64,000 bases of DNA from Camelus dromedarius (lineage: Eukaryota), in assembly GCF_036321535.1 (NCBI RefSeq), contig NC_087449.1, positions 62,620,001 to 62,684,000 on the forward strand, given 5' to 3'. The notes under the pieces were generated by a model. The model saw only the letters and a list, made by a program, of their open reading frames with translations. It ran no database searches and was not told the DNA's origin. The position numbers and the translations under genes were made by a program. Below, piece after piece: positions 13,161-26,000 of the stretch (positions are counted from its first letter, which is position 1; each line of letters starts with the position of its first letter).

Positions 13161-13936
13161 ATCTGGCGCAGCACCATCCAGAGCATGGATACCCGCTTAA
13201 GACGCCTTGTCCGTTGTAGACAAGTGCTCTTTGGAAGGACAGAAATATATGCCTTGCTGGATGGTACGGACAAAGGACAGGTAGGCCCACAGTGTGGCCC
13301 AGCTAGCCGAGGAATAGGACTAAACTACTCCCTTAACCCGCTTTTCTCTCCTGGGGTCCTCTGAAGACAGACAGCCCTTTCCTTCTGACTATATTAATGC
13401 CAAAGCCTTGTCTATCTGTCCATGCACGCAACACAGCATTACTGCAAGAACCCGGCTTCCCAGGCCTTGCCCCCAGCCTCCGCCGACGAAGGGGCAGCGG
13501 CTCCACAGGGAGGCCTGCCGCGGACCGTCACGGCTTTCCTCAGGCGGCCTCCCACCTGCTCTGGTCTAGCCTTTAGGCTGGGCGGTGGAAAGCCAGAACA
13601 TGAGGCTATTACTCGCCTCCGAGGAGGAAACAGAGCCATGCTGGGTCTCAGCAACTGGACGAGAACACACCACTGTCGGCATCCAACCACCTCTGCCTCC
13701 TCGGAGACGGGTAGGTTTCCTGTTGTGTCAGCCCCGTTTCCTTCAGCAACATTATACTGCAAACAGAGAGCTACTCTGAATAAAGCACCAAGGTGTCCCG
13801 TTTCTGGCTGGGGAGGAGGGGAGGAGGCAGACGGCCTTGTTCTCCAGAGGGAAGCATTACCGCGCCTTGACCCTCTCTAGACAGCACCTCTCCCCTCTCC
13901 CCAGTCCTGAAAAGCCCGGTTTGAGGACAAGAAACG

Positions 13937-14307
13937 NNNNNNNNNNNNNNNNNNNNNNNNNNNNNNNNNNNNNNNNNNNNNNNNNNNNNNNNNNNNNNNN
14001 NNNNNNNNNNNNNNNNNNNNNNNNNNNNNNNNNNNNNNNNNNNNNNNNNNNNNNNNNNNNNNNNNNNNNNNNNNNNNNNNNNNNNNNNNNNNNNNNNNNN
14101 NNNNNNNNNNNNNNNNNNNNNNNNNNNNNNNNNNNNNNNNNNNNNNNNNNNNNNNNNNNNNNNNNNNNNNNNNNNNNNNNNNNNNNNNNNNNNNNNNNNN
14201 NNNNNNNNNNNNNNNNNNNNNNNNNNNNNNNNNNNNNNNNNNNNNNNNNNNNNNNNNNNNNNNNNNNNNNNNNNNNNNNNNNNNNNNNNNNNNNNNNNNN
14301 NNNNNNN
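13937..14307. other. N-run (371 nt)
   Basis: Run of n in sequence. Confidence 0.99.
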
Positions 14308-17300
14308 TTCGGTACTGTAAGCGAGCTGTGCTCCGGAGGACAGCAGGGTTGTTAGTTCAGGCACTGACTGTTTGCTCATGACTGAAATGAAAAGAGTTCA
14401 GGGGAAGGGCAAAAGGACAGCCCAAGTGTAAAACCCCATCCCGGCAGGCCCTGGGCCCCTACGTACAGGCCCCGAGCTGCTCCTGAATGGACGACTGCAC
14501 TTTGTTCTCACAAAAGCAAACTCTTCGGTCCAATCTCTAATAAACCTTCTATGAAGCGGCGGCCGAGTCCTCCCGCAGGCACCTCCTGTGAGGCTGTGGG
14601 CCCTGGGCACCTCGGGAGGCAGGCTTCCCCGGTACAGCTAAGACGTTAAAGGAGCCACAGTTCTACAGCATCCTTTAGACCTGCCAGTTCCCATGGGGGA
14701 TGGGAATGGAAACGCTGCTAGTAGCTGTCTTATTTTTAACATTAATACTGAAAAAAGTAAGTGTGTTTTTCAGGCCTTGACTACAAGGGTGAACTCCTGG
14801 TGCTTTGTGCACACGTGCCCTGGAGGGGCGGCATCCCTAGGGGACTCGGTCTCCTGGAGTCAGACAGGAGAAGGCCCCGCGGGGCCTGCTCTCACCCGTG
14901 ATCTTCAGTATCTCTGACTAGTGTACAAAGGGTTAAACAAGCAGCCCGATGGACGGGAGTTGACTTTAGTTTTAGAGTTTAACCCAAGAGAAGAGCACTC
15001 CTGCAGTGGCTCCCGAGGCGCGCGCCTGCAGCTCACTCCAGAGGATGCACCTCATGGCTGGAAAGCTGGTACATCGCACAGCTGAACCCAGGCTCTCCCA
15101 GGGGCAAGTCGTGAGCCCACAGTTCACCACGTCTGTCTGCTGTGTCTCAGCGGGCCCACCTATAAAACGAGGCTGCTGGGTTGACTTGTGGAAGTCTGGG
15201 AGGGTTACTAGGACTCTTCTAACCAAGGTCCAAGTATAACAGAGGAAGGACTAAGAGGAACAGAGAGAAAAGAAACCCAAACCCAATCCAGACCAGAGAC
15301 ATGATGAGAGGGCCAGGCAGGAAAGCCCTTGAGGGGAGTCTCTGCTGCTGACCTGGTGCTTTCCTGCCCCTTGTGTTGTTCCGGCCATTGTGAGGCAGCC
15401 CTAGTCTAGGCCCAAGCTTGTTTAAAAATAAAACCAGAAATCTCACACCAGCAACAACACGCACTGAGGCATTTTCCCATTCTGGGTGGAGGTAGGCTTC
15501 TCTGATGGAGTCTCGTGAAGCCAGTGGCCTGTTTCAAATCAGATGCGGTTCAATCTGATTCAGATTCAGAGCACACGTATTTCTGAATGGAAACTGTACA
15601 GACATTCTTGCATTTTTCTCCCAAAGTTTCCTTATCTACTGTGCTGATGTTCAGAGATGAGCTGCTGAATTTGTCATTCCAAAGCCTCAAGCACCTTTTT
15701 TGGGGGTCGATAAGAGGTGCCACGAAATGAATGGGGTCACAGAAAACTGTCTCTTGCTATTGAGAACCCTCTTCTCTATGGTAATTCTTCTACTCTGTAC
15801 TATCTGTTTTGGTTTGTTAAAAACACAGGTTATAGAGAACCACTTATGTCAGGAAAGAAGAGGCAGGAAAAAGCTAGGCAGATCCATCTTGGGAATCCTC
15901 AAGAAAAATGTGCAACCCATCGAATCTATCTCCAGTTGTTCACACAGAGTTGCAGGCTTCAATCAAGGCTTTCGTCATAACACTACCTCACTCCTCCCAG
16001 GACAGTCTGCAGTACAAAGCACGTGCACACACGTTATCACAGGTTACACGAATACTCAGAAATGAAGCCAGTCTCCATCAGGCTGCACAACAGAAGGGCT
16101 CCTGAAGGCTCAGTTCTGGCCCATTGTGAGCCCAGACGCGTCAAGATTCTCTGATACATTAAACTTTGGAAAACCGGACCCACCTCTGAGAATGAGACTC
16201 CGCTGTGGGCCGGGACAGACTTCGAGAACTTACGAACAGTGACCTGGGTGCCCCTACTTCCTGCAGGGCTTTCTCCATCTCGGGGTCCCTCTGATGCCCA
16301 CATTCCAGGGACAGACAAATCCTAAGCGAACAACGAGGCAGGCTCCAAAAATGCAGGAGCACGAGCTGCTTGCAGAAAGGATGCAGCGGCACTGGCCAGT
16401 CCACGTGCCCAGAGCCACGGGCGACGGACTCGCAGCGGCCCGGCGTCTCCCCAGCACGCTTTCCGGCCCACCTCCTCCCCGGGCTCCTCGCCCTTGCCAG
16501 CTCCTCCAGCACTGCGGACAGGGCTGCGAAGGGCTAATCTGATACAAGCTGGGGAACTGAAAAGGAAATATGTTTTGAAATTTGCCTTTTCACACCACAC
16601 AGATCCATTTTTGGTGCAAAATGGCCTCTGTCAAGGGTTTTGTTTTTTGTTAAACACTGATTTCTTGGCCATCAGTTAAAAATCTGCCAACCTTCAGGGA
16701 CCTCCATGTGACTGAGCACGTGGGAAGTGGTCCATTTACACGGGTTTTTACGTGGGCCATCCTCACATACTCCCCGTGTGACCCAGCTTGTCACATCTGG
16801 GGGCACCTCAGTCTCCCCAGAGGTGACATCGGAGGGAGGGTGGAAGCAGAGACAGGGCAGGCTTGGCCACAGATTCCATGCCTCAGGGCAGGAGATGTAA
16901 CGGCTCAGGCTGGGCCGAGGGCTGCCCAGGGAGACGTTCGGTACAGGCTGCCTCAGACTCACCCATGGCCACTTTATTTTTAGAGAAGGCAATCAGGTTT
17001 TCATCTGTCCTCCCTGGACTCTCTTTGTCCCTGCGCCCAAGCTTCCTCCTGACAGCAGAGCCAGCCCTAAGGGAGCCCCATCTGTGCTGTTCCTCCAGGG
17101 GTTACACTGTACCCAGGCACACAGATGTGACCGGGGCAAAGACGGTCCTTGCCCACTTTGGGGTGTGAAGACTGACCCGAGGACAGGATGAAGAGCTGTC
17201 TGCACGAGGCCACAAAACAAAGTAGTGTCCGGGCTGGAATCAGGGTTCTGGTCTCATGATTTGCAATCTGGTTCTCTTGCCAGAAGGCCACGCTGCCGCC

Positions 17301-18282
17301 AATACACAAAGGGAACATCCAGATAGGTTATTTTGATCATAGAGACATGAGTCAAGGAGGAACTGATCCTCCAGTGACGCAGTAAAAGACTGTGAGCTGC
17401 TGTCACTTCAACACAATAAATCAGATGATGTTCTGGGTGATTCTGTCAGCTCCACCACCGCATTCTGGGAATAAGAATAACATCCCATGAACTCTATCCC
17501 AAACTTAAAAAAAATCTGTGGTACATTAGACGTCAATAGCAGTGCCTTAAAAATCTGTCACTAGAGCACTCTGTATTTATCATCCGGTCAACCTAAGTCT
17601 TAAATGCACTGCCCAGCTGGCATGTCACCCCCCCATGAGCCACCTCCCTTGCCCAGTGACACCCAGAATTTCCTAAAGGAGCTAAATTTCTGCAAATAGG
17701 ACAAATGGGAAGATGAGTTTTGAAGTGGATCATGAAATGAACATTTATAATCCAGACAAAGCTCATTTTCAAAGGCTCAAAGCTTTATAATATCAAAGTT
17801 ATTTCCTACTTTCATTACGTAGAAACCATGAAATAATGAGTGTACAATGAGAGCAATGTTTTAAAGAGCCCATCACACTTAGCTAGAAATGAGAGTCATT
17901 CCTTTTAAACCTTAGCCCTGAACCTAAGAGCACTTTTTTTTTTTTTTAAAACAGACATAGGGGACCCCAACCTATGTGATAATGTTGTTGTGAGACTGTC
18001 CTGGCAAGAGACAGACAGATAAGCCCTCGATAGTTTCAACAGCCCCACTGAAGGGGGATCTGATTCTCCAACTTAAAACCCTTTAACAATGCTAAACAGT
18101 GGACTGTCATGCGTCTGGAAAATATAACCGTTTTTGAAGAATGCTTTCCAAACCACGTAATGCTTTTAAAGCTGTTTATCAGAAGAGCTGGATGAGCAAC
18201 AGTGGCCTGAAACAGTGTGTCAGCTGTTGTAGGGTCGCATGCCCCATCCTAATTTCCGTAAGCACTTCATCATTCTCGGCTG

Positions 18283-18462
18283 NNNNNNNNNNNNNNNNNN
18301 NNNNNNNNNNNNNNNNNNNNNNNNNNNNNNNNNNNNNNNNNNNNNNNNNNNNNNNNNNNNNNNNNNNNNNNNNNNNNNNNNNNNNNNNNNNNNNNNNNNN
18401 NNNNNNNNNNNNNNNNNNNNNNNNNNNNNNNNNNNNNNNNNNNNNNNNNNNNNNNNNNNNNN
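18283..18462. other. N-run (180 nt)
   Basis: Run of n in sequence. Confidence 0.99.
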
Positions 18463-18809
18463 CTTCACAAGCGGGTTCAGAGCAAGTTCGTGGCCTCTGC
18501 ACACCTTTTCCACTGGGGTTCTCGTACACAAAGGCTGAGTGCCCAGGTGAGCTTCTCCACCCGGAATTCCAACCATGTAACCATCACAGGTCTGTAGGCC
18601 TGAATTTAACTGCCTGTTTCGTGTGAAGAAAGAGAATGGGACAGACAAGAACCCAGCAAAGCATATGAACTCCTCGTCTTGCACTAGAGCAAGCGGTCAG
18701 CAAGTTTTCAGGCACAGAGCGTTAAGTAAGAGGTAAACACGTAATCCCGGTTTCACATACACTCAGCATCCCCTCTTCGGAGAGAATACTGACACAAATG
18801 CCATTTCTT

Positions 18810-19010
18810 GAGCCCTAATTACATGCCACATGTCAGGCTAAGTGCTTTGTATACATTATGTCATCTAATCCCCGTAACCACCCACTGAGGCAGGCGTCAT
18901 TATTCCTATTCCACATGAGTCAAAGGAATCTCACCTTGGAGATACTACTGGGGAGAACCTTGCAGCAGGGAGATGACTCAGATTCAGGGCTGTCTGACTC
19001 CACAGGGGGC
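18810..19010 (-). mobile_element. MIR SINE
   Basis: aggctaagtgctttgtatacattatgtcatctaatccccgtaaccacc...tgaggcaggcgtcattattcc. Confidence 0.7.
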
Positions 19011-19186
19011 CCTCTGCCCTCGTACCACAGACGTGGGAGCCAGGCAGCGCTGCCGGAGCCCCCATCGTCCCTGCAAGGGCTCGGTTTCTTTTCACACTGG
19101 CAACCACAGTGCTCTTCTCCTTCAGAGCTGGGGAGACCTGCGATTTTATGTTCTTTCCACATCTCTTTCTGAAACAAGCGCTTCCC

Positions 19187-19350
19187 NNNNNNNNNNNNNN
19201 NNNNNNNNNNNNNNNNNNNNNNNNNNNNNNNNNNNNNNNNNNNNNNNNNNNNNNNNNNNNNNNNNNNNNNNNNNNNNNNNNNNNNNNNNNNNNNNNNNNN
19301 NNNNNNNNNNNNNNNNNNNNNNNNNNNNNNNNNNNNNNNNNNNNNNNNNN
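19187..19350. other. N-run (164 nt)
   Basis: Run of n in sequence. Confidence 0.99.
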
Positions 19351-19849
19351 AGGGCCATGTCACTGCCGTGGGGTGCGCTATTTCTTTCATGTTCCTGGGA
19401 TCTGACAAGAGCCTTCCACAACGTGTTTCTTTACAACACTCAGAATGAGAGATTAAAGACCAATACCAGACTGAAAGCTGGGGTTGGGACTAGCAACGAC
19501 CTCTCTCCAGATGCATTCTAAATCTTCCTGGGAAAGAAGGGTCACTGACTGCTTAAGCAGATGCTGTTCAAAAATTGTCATGATGATTAAATGAGATAAT
19601 ACACGTAAACGACAGAGAACACAGTAAATGTTCATAGTAAATGTTCAACCATGTCAGCAATAATATTATTTATTAATATCACCAAACTTAAAGAATGTTT
19701 TAGCAGAAACAATATATATGGATTTCAGTAAAACCACATTAATTCAGAGCTACTAGTTGAATGTGGAGGAGAAGAGACCTCAAGAAAGGATGAATGAACT
19801 AGTGAAAAGTCTAAATTATAGGATTTCTGATTAAATGTGACAGATTGAG

Positions 19850-21300
19850 TCCAGAGACCCCTCTAAAGTGAAAGCAAAGGGATACAAATGGCACGGGTCC
19901 AGAAGGATAAAGAGAAGGTGTCAACAATATTTTAGAAGCTGAAAAGCAGATGGAACAGTGGTGCTGAGATGTAAGCCTGAGGGAGTGGAAGCCACAAAGC
20001 AGTACGCTAATTAGTCCGCTAACCCGCTGAATTTCTCGAAGATGGAGGCACCAAGCAGCTCTGAAGGCCTGGGGCATCAGGGAGGAACAGGGAGGCCTGT
20101 CTGCGAGGTGGTGAAAACAGGAAGACTGCCTAAAAGCCTGCAGAAGCAGCAGCAAGACCTGCAGGTCCCTCCTTCACCCCCAGTCCGCCTGCTCCTCCTC
20201 AGGAGAAGACCGGCAGCAACAGGTCCCGCCCGATCCTTTCACGGCAAGGCCCCTGGGCCCCACACAGAGAGCCCTCACCCGCAGATTAGTGCCTCATCCT
20301 TAAATGGGAGTAGAACAGACAGTCAAGAATCACCAAACATCCGGAAACTGCCCCTATTCATGAAAGAAAAAGACAAACAAATGGGAGAAGGAGCCTCAGG
20401 AGAGGGCAAGGGCACCAGCTGCACAGAGGAGCCCGAGAGCAGGCTGTCCAGACTGCACCCGGGGCATCCTGGAGGAGAACAGCCAAGAAAAGGGCAACGA
20501 GAAATTACTAAATGCATGTTTTACCATGTTCAGGAGAGTGTGTCGATGTGTTAGCAATAGGCAGATAGGACAAATCTTTTAAAAAGTTGTTACTAACCTC
20601 AGAGTAAAAAGAAGTTGAAAGTAGGTAAGTTTGAGGATAAACTGGGAATATGCATATAGAAAACTAAGCAAACAGTAATAAAAGCATTTACTGACTCCAG
20701 GGAGAGAAAACAAACTAAAAAGTTAAACCAAAAAGGAAACATAATCACAGTAACCTACGTGGCTTCGCTGGGAATACTATTTACATAGTCATAATGCAGA
20801 AACAAAATACTGATTTACCCGAAAAGGATGATCTAACTACAGTATATTGAAAAATGAGGGGGGGGGGATGTATGTACAGCAATAGGAAGTTAAGTAATAT
20901 TAAGAAATAGCACTATATTCCTTTTTTCTTTTCTTTTAGAAACATGGAGGTAAATACCTCAAAATTGAAGAACCAGACAAAAGTGCTGAAGGTGGTCTGT
21001 CTCTAGGGGAGCAGGAATCAAGAGGCAGGGAAAAATGGGGCAGTTGACAGCTGGTTTTTGATTTCAAATGTGTAGATATCTTTGACTTCTACAAGTGTGG
21101 ATGTATATTTACTTTGATAAAATAAAATTTAATTTGAAAAGCTAGAAATATTGTTATAGTGAGATAAGGTCAAAATGATAGATTTTTTTTAAAACATTGT
21201 TCTTATTAACTGTAAAAACTGAAGAATACTTAGTAAATATGTGTAAGCTAGAATTTAAAAATCATGAGATCATTAGCCAACTGTAAACAATTAGTAAAAT
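19850..21300 (+). mobile_element. Old L1M remnant(s): 5'-region-like segment followed by an L1MC/MD-like 3' UTR
   Basis: gaaggataaagagaag...caacaatattttagaagctgaaaagcagatgg and agacagtcaagaatcaccaaacat (5'-type); then tatttacatagtcataatgcagaaac and AT-rich 3' UTR. Subfamily and boundaries uncertain. Confidence 0.55.
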
Positions 21301-22749
21301 GTTAATGATTTGTTTTAAAAGGGTTGTGACGGACCCAATAATGTGGGAAAAATGCTCATTGCTACCAAATATACACCAATACACACCCCCCAATAAACAT
21401 CACCACCACAAATACAGTTTTGTTGTTTTTCAAGAACAAATAGCAAGTCAAATGACTAGTAAAGGGGTACTTAAAGAAAGCTATAGGAAACTTACTTTAA
21501 TTAACATATAAGACTAATTTGAGAATATTAACACACAAACAGCTTGATAATTCTCAAGAATCTGGAAGATTCTTCAAAGCAGACAGTATTTAATACCTAT
21601 TATATACCTGGAATATAGCAGGAGATCAATACTTAATCACTTGAATTTCTACTGTCAATTCGCCTGTACATGAACCAGTGAGCTAACTAAGACTAATCGG
21701 GTCTGAATATCACAAGTTCAGAATTGGCTCAGCTGAACTGATGGAGCCCCTCATAGTTTAAACAAAAACATAAAGACTCTCTGAGGTTCACATATTTTCA
21801 ACAGGGGTATGAAAGCACTCACACATGGTAATTTGGCCTCTGACGCCTTGGAAGGCGGGCAGGTGGCGGTACTCCGACCCTAACTGTGCTGCTGGGGTAG
21901 ATCAGCAGAGCCTAGCGGACGGTAAGCTCCATCCATCCTGGGAGTAGTTCTCAGTGAGGTTACACTGGATTCAACCAGCCCCAACCTGCCAGGGTTAGCC
22001 AGGATCCCTGTGGCCCATCCTCCTCATAATGAGACGTGAAGTTTTGCTCTGCCTCTCCTTTGAAGTTTTCAGCAGTCCCTGGGAGTTTATGATACAGCCT
22101 GGGTCACCCCTGCCATTATCTATGTTTGAAGTATGTTTGGGAAAATCTACCAGGAGCTGTCTCTGGTGTTAGCACAGAACAACTGCCTCATAAAAACTGC
22201 TTTCCACAAGGAGTTCAAAGGAGCTTAGCCAAATATTGTGGGCTTACCCTGCTCCACCAACTTTGCTAGGGTGGAAAACTGAGGTTTTGCCAAGTCAGCT
22301 CCAACAGAGATACACCTTCTTGATTTCCCGAAAGAGCTCAGGGCACTGCTAACACAACCACGTGGCCTTTTGAGAAGGTGGACCTTGCACTTTGAAGTCA
22401 TCTGCTGTGCACTTACCATGCTGCTGAAGTTAAAATTTATTAGGACAGTAGGTTAAGGTGAAGGACTAAATTAGGTAAATTATTGTGAGAGGTCTTTCTG
22501 ATATGTGATAAAATCCTTCCAATTGTTACTTTAAGAAACCCAGTAAAAGTCAGGAGCAAACTAGGAGGGCTGACAACTGTTGGCAGGGTGCCAAAGCGAA
22601 GCATCCCATCACAGCGGCTACAGTTTAATCCACGCTAATCCACCACTGCCGATACATGCTATTTATCAGCGGGATGATGATCGTCACCATATTTCCCAGT
22701 AGAAGAGCTTGTCAAGGAAATTAACCAGGTACAGGTATTTGTTGGCTGG

Positions 22750-23075
22750 TGGCACATTCGTGAAGTCACAGAAGGTGCAAAGAGTGGCATTGTTTTACAT
22801 TTTTGCAAATTTCCTCAAGACCTGCTTAACAGAAAACAGCTGCATTCTCCTATCTGCGTCTCCAGCCAACCTGTTACAATATCACACACTGTGTAGCTTC
22901 TGGAAGATTCTGCTGTATTCACTAGACAACATTATTACAAAAATAGTTGTTTGTTTATCTATATATCTATATATGTATGAATATATAAGTATATAAAAAT
23001 AAGTTTGACCTAACAGATCCCTGAAAGGTTTGGGGGTTCCCCCGGGGTCCTTAGACCATATTTTGAGAATCTTTG
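22750..23075. mobile_element. Charlie1-like hAT DNA transposon terminal fragment, with an internal TA/TATC-rich insertion
   Basis: attgttttacatttttgcaaat...aacagctgcattctc...atatcacac...gtagcttctggaa...tttgacct...ggggtccttagaccatattttgagaa resembles a Charlie1 end. Confidence 0.7.
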
Positions 23076-26000
23076 TTCTAAAAGGACCCATATGTATAAA
23101 ATTTGTGCTAACTAAAAATCAGTTTCCTCTACATACTAAAGCAGATCCACTAAGAATATAGATTAGTAACACTGTTAACCTGATTTGAGTTATAGAAGCC
23201 CAGTATAATAAACTTGTTTCTTTTAGGGTGTACTGTGATTAAAATGTTTTACTAATTCAATCTCACTTTCCCCCCTATTTGACAAATAAATGAGAAACTT
23301 AGCAAAAGTCTGGCAAAAGAGTACCAAATAAAGGTATCGGGGCAAGGAAACTCAGGGTTAATCGTAGCGTCCAAACCCACTTTTTCTCCCCCAACAGATG
23401 ACAAGCCTTTAGTTGTAATACTACAGTCTTCAATTCTTTGCCAGCCTGTATGTCCTCTAGGTATCTCAGAATTCTCTTATCTGTCTAAAGGTCTCTGGGA
23501 CCAGGGTATATGAACTCAAACCTGGATCCTCTCTTTAAGGGAGATTCCAATTTCATCCTGGGCAAAGAGGGATGATTCTGTAAGGGAACACAGTGAAAGA
23601 CATAGGATTGCCACCCAAATCTAAAAGTAAATAAACTTAATGTCTCTGCAGAGGAACTCTACCAACAGTAAACGGCTTCTCATTCTTTTCTAATGCAGGG
23701 AATACACGTTTTTCTCAAGAAGAAATACACTTCTGTTTCTCTTGAAGTTCAAACCAAAAACCTCAAATGCGTATCTTAAATATGTAAGATCACGTGTCAT
23801 TCCAGAGTTTTAAAAATCAAGTCACCGAACAAGGAAGGGACTCATGTACAAGGGCTAGACTGATGATTTAATTTTTAAATGGAAAAAAACCAAAATCAGG
23901 AAGCAGTCACACTTTCCATTCTATTTTCTTATCTAGGTGCTGCTGGTTGAGATACCAGGATTGTACATCAAAGATGTACATGCCTGAATTCAATTTACTT
24001 TTACTTTTGGAAGCAGGATAGTGCAGTTTCCATGAAGTCAGTCATCTCTGCAAGCCAAAAATGGCAAAAAATAGACGCTCTCCTTTCTAGAAACGATTAT
24101 AATGTACCATGACCAAAAAAGTGGGTTTTTTCCCTAACAGATAATCTTGCATAAAAATGAGTCATAGGATTTCAGAAATGGAAAGGCGTTTCTCAAATAT
24201 GTGTGTGCAGGAACACACACACACTTTTTTCTTTTCTTCCATGAACAGATTTGAGCTTTCCATAAGTTGTGTTATGAGAATGGCACTGCCTGGAGCCTTT
24301 GCGTGAAAGGGGAGTACAGTGTTTCGAGTTCAGCAAGAGGGAAGAAGTCTGTATCAGAAAGTAAGATTTCTCTGCTTGTGTTCCTGTGACAGGAATTTTA
24401 ACTTATAAGGCAAGAAGGACTGTTAAGATGTTTCTTAAAAATACCTTATCCTGTAACTTCATCAGTTTAATTTCAGACCCGAGTGAGACAGTGCACGTCA
24501 CGAACACAGCTCTGAACGCTGTTTCTGCTTCCGGGTCTGCGCAGGAAGGCTGAGAGCAATCCATCTGCCCTCAAGCACCCTCGGGGAAGGCCTGGGGCGG
24601 CCAGACCTGCAGGCGGGAACGCAGGGCTCTCGCCTCGCACACCCGCACGGGTGAGCAGAAGATGGACAAAGTGGCAGCCCCGCATCCACGGCGCCACTTC
24701 TGGACAACAGGAGAGGTATGGACAGTCTCTTCCCTTCAGCCGGAAGCAACAGTAGTTCTCAGTTTCACTGAAGTCTCATTCCTTCTCATGGTAAAACTGA
24801 CATGCTATCTAATGCACTGGCTGCCCCAGGCAGCAGATGGTCACCAAGCCAACAGACAGATCTGCCCAAAGACGAGAAACAGAGCCCCAGGGTCCAAGCT
24901 GCACCACTCTCGCGTTTCATCAATAACTGTATCTTTATATTGATGCCACCAGGGTCTGTGGAACTCATCTGGAAGGGCTGTCTGGTACTTTTTAAACAAG
25001 TAAGAGGCGGTTGCTGCCGGATGACTTGGTATTTCTTCCTGAATGGTTAATTTTACTGAGGAGCAATTTTTAAAATTATCTTATTAAAACAAACACACGA
25101 TAGTTGTACAATTCATTTACAGTTTTAAAATAAAACAGAAACTTTCCAAGAAATGCTGGACTTGCTCTGCCTCCAGATACATGGGGTACCGTCCGGGTAC
25201 AGTCCGCTCTGTGCTGCCTTCGACAGAACGTTGGTGGGAAAAACTGAGAGCACTGGTATATTCTGACAAACATTTTAATTTTTATTAGATTTTCACCTTT
25301 GGAAGATCCCTAAAGGCTTATTAATTCATGCCAGCTCTGCTTGACATGTACTGTGAAACACCGAGGACTGCAGACTGCTGCTCGGGGTAGGACACTGAGA
25401 GAATGCTGCCAGACTAAAGCGAGGAGCAGGGGAAGCAGCTCCTAAGTCCCCTTTGCTGACTTTCTTCTAACCTGATGGCATTCAGGCTCTGCGGACTCAA
25501 GAGGATCTTAACCCTTTTATCCTGGAAAGTCATAGGTAAGATGCAAACACTGTAACAAAAAGGGCTTTTCCTTAAAAAAAAAATTCCATTTCAGCTTTAC
25601 ATCTAAGAGGTCATTAACGGAAAGTCTCTCTAACGAATTTTGGGTGGTGCCTCGGGAGCGTTTTCACAGAAGTCAAGTATGCCCACCATAAATCTTTTCT
25701 GTGAAGTCAACCAAAAGGCTACTCAAAAACTCTCAGAGCAACTGGAATTTACATCTGCGTGCACAACACAAGGGTCCTGGGATTCCAGAACACTATCAGA
25801 GACCTGATGGCTATATTCTTACACACTGATCTATCATCATCCTTCAGATTTCCCCTTCCTCCTTATCTAACTTAAATAATGAGATAAGCTCCAACACTCC
25901 TGAGCTTTGCTAAATTGGCTTAAATATTTCAAGTTCTGCCAACTCCCACTTCTCCCGTTTTGGGTCTTGACTAAAAAGGTGAAGAAATATTTTGGAGGAA

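Noticed and set aside
13771-14379. Long ORFs spanning N-runs (also at 18.1-18.7, 18.9-19.5, 28.5-28.9, 29.7-30.1, 33.3-33.8 and 52.6-53.2 kb)
   Set aside because: Their length is an artefact of Ns translating as X without stop codons.
15537-15564. Inverted repeat aatcagat-N8-atctgatt
   Set aside because: An 8-bp stem is expected by chance; no miRNA or snoRNA features around it.
20042-20554. 170-aa + strand ORF (MEAPSSSEG...)
   Set aside because: Lies within a decayed L1 5'-region remnant; low-complexity, no recognisable domain, no splice support.
22248-22423. 176-nt candidate cassette exon (SMVSAQQMTSK...)
   Set aside because: Not VPS13D-like, length is not a multiple of three, weak acceptor, and it contains a stronger internal donor.
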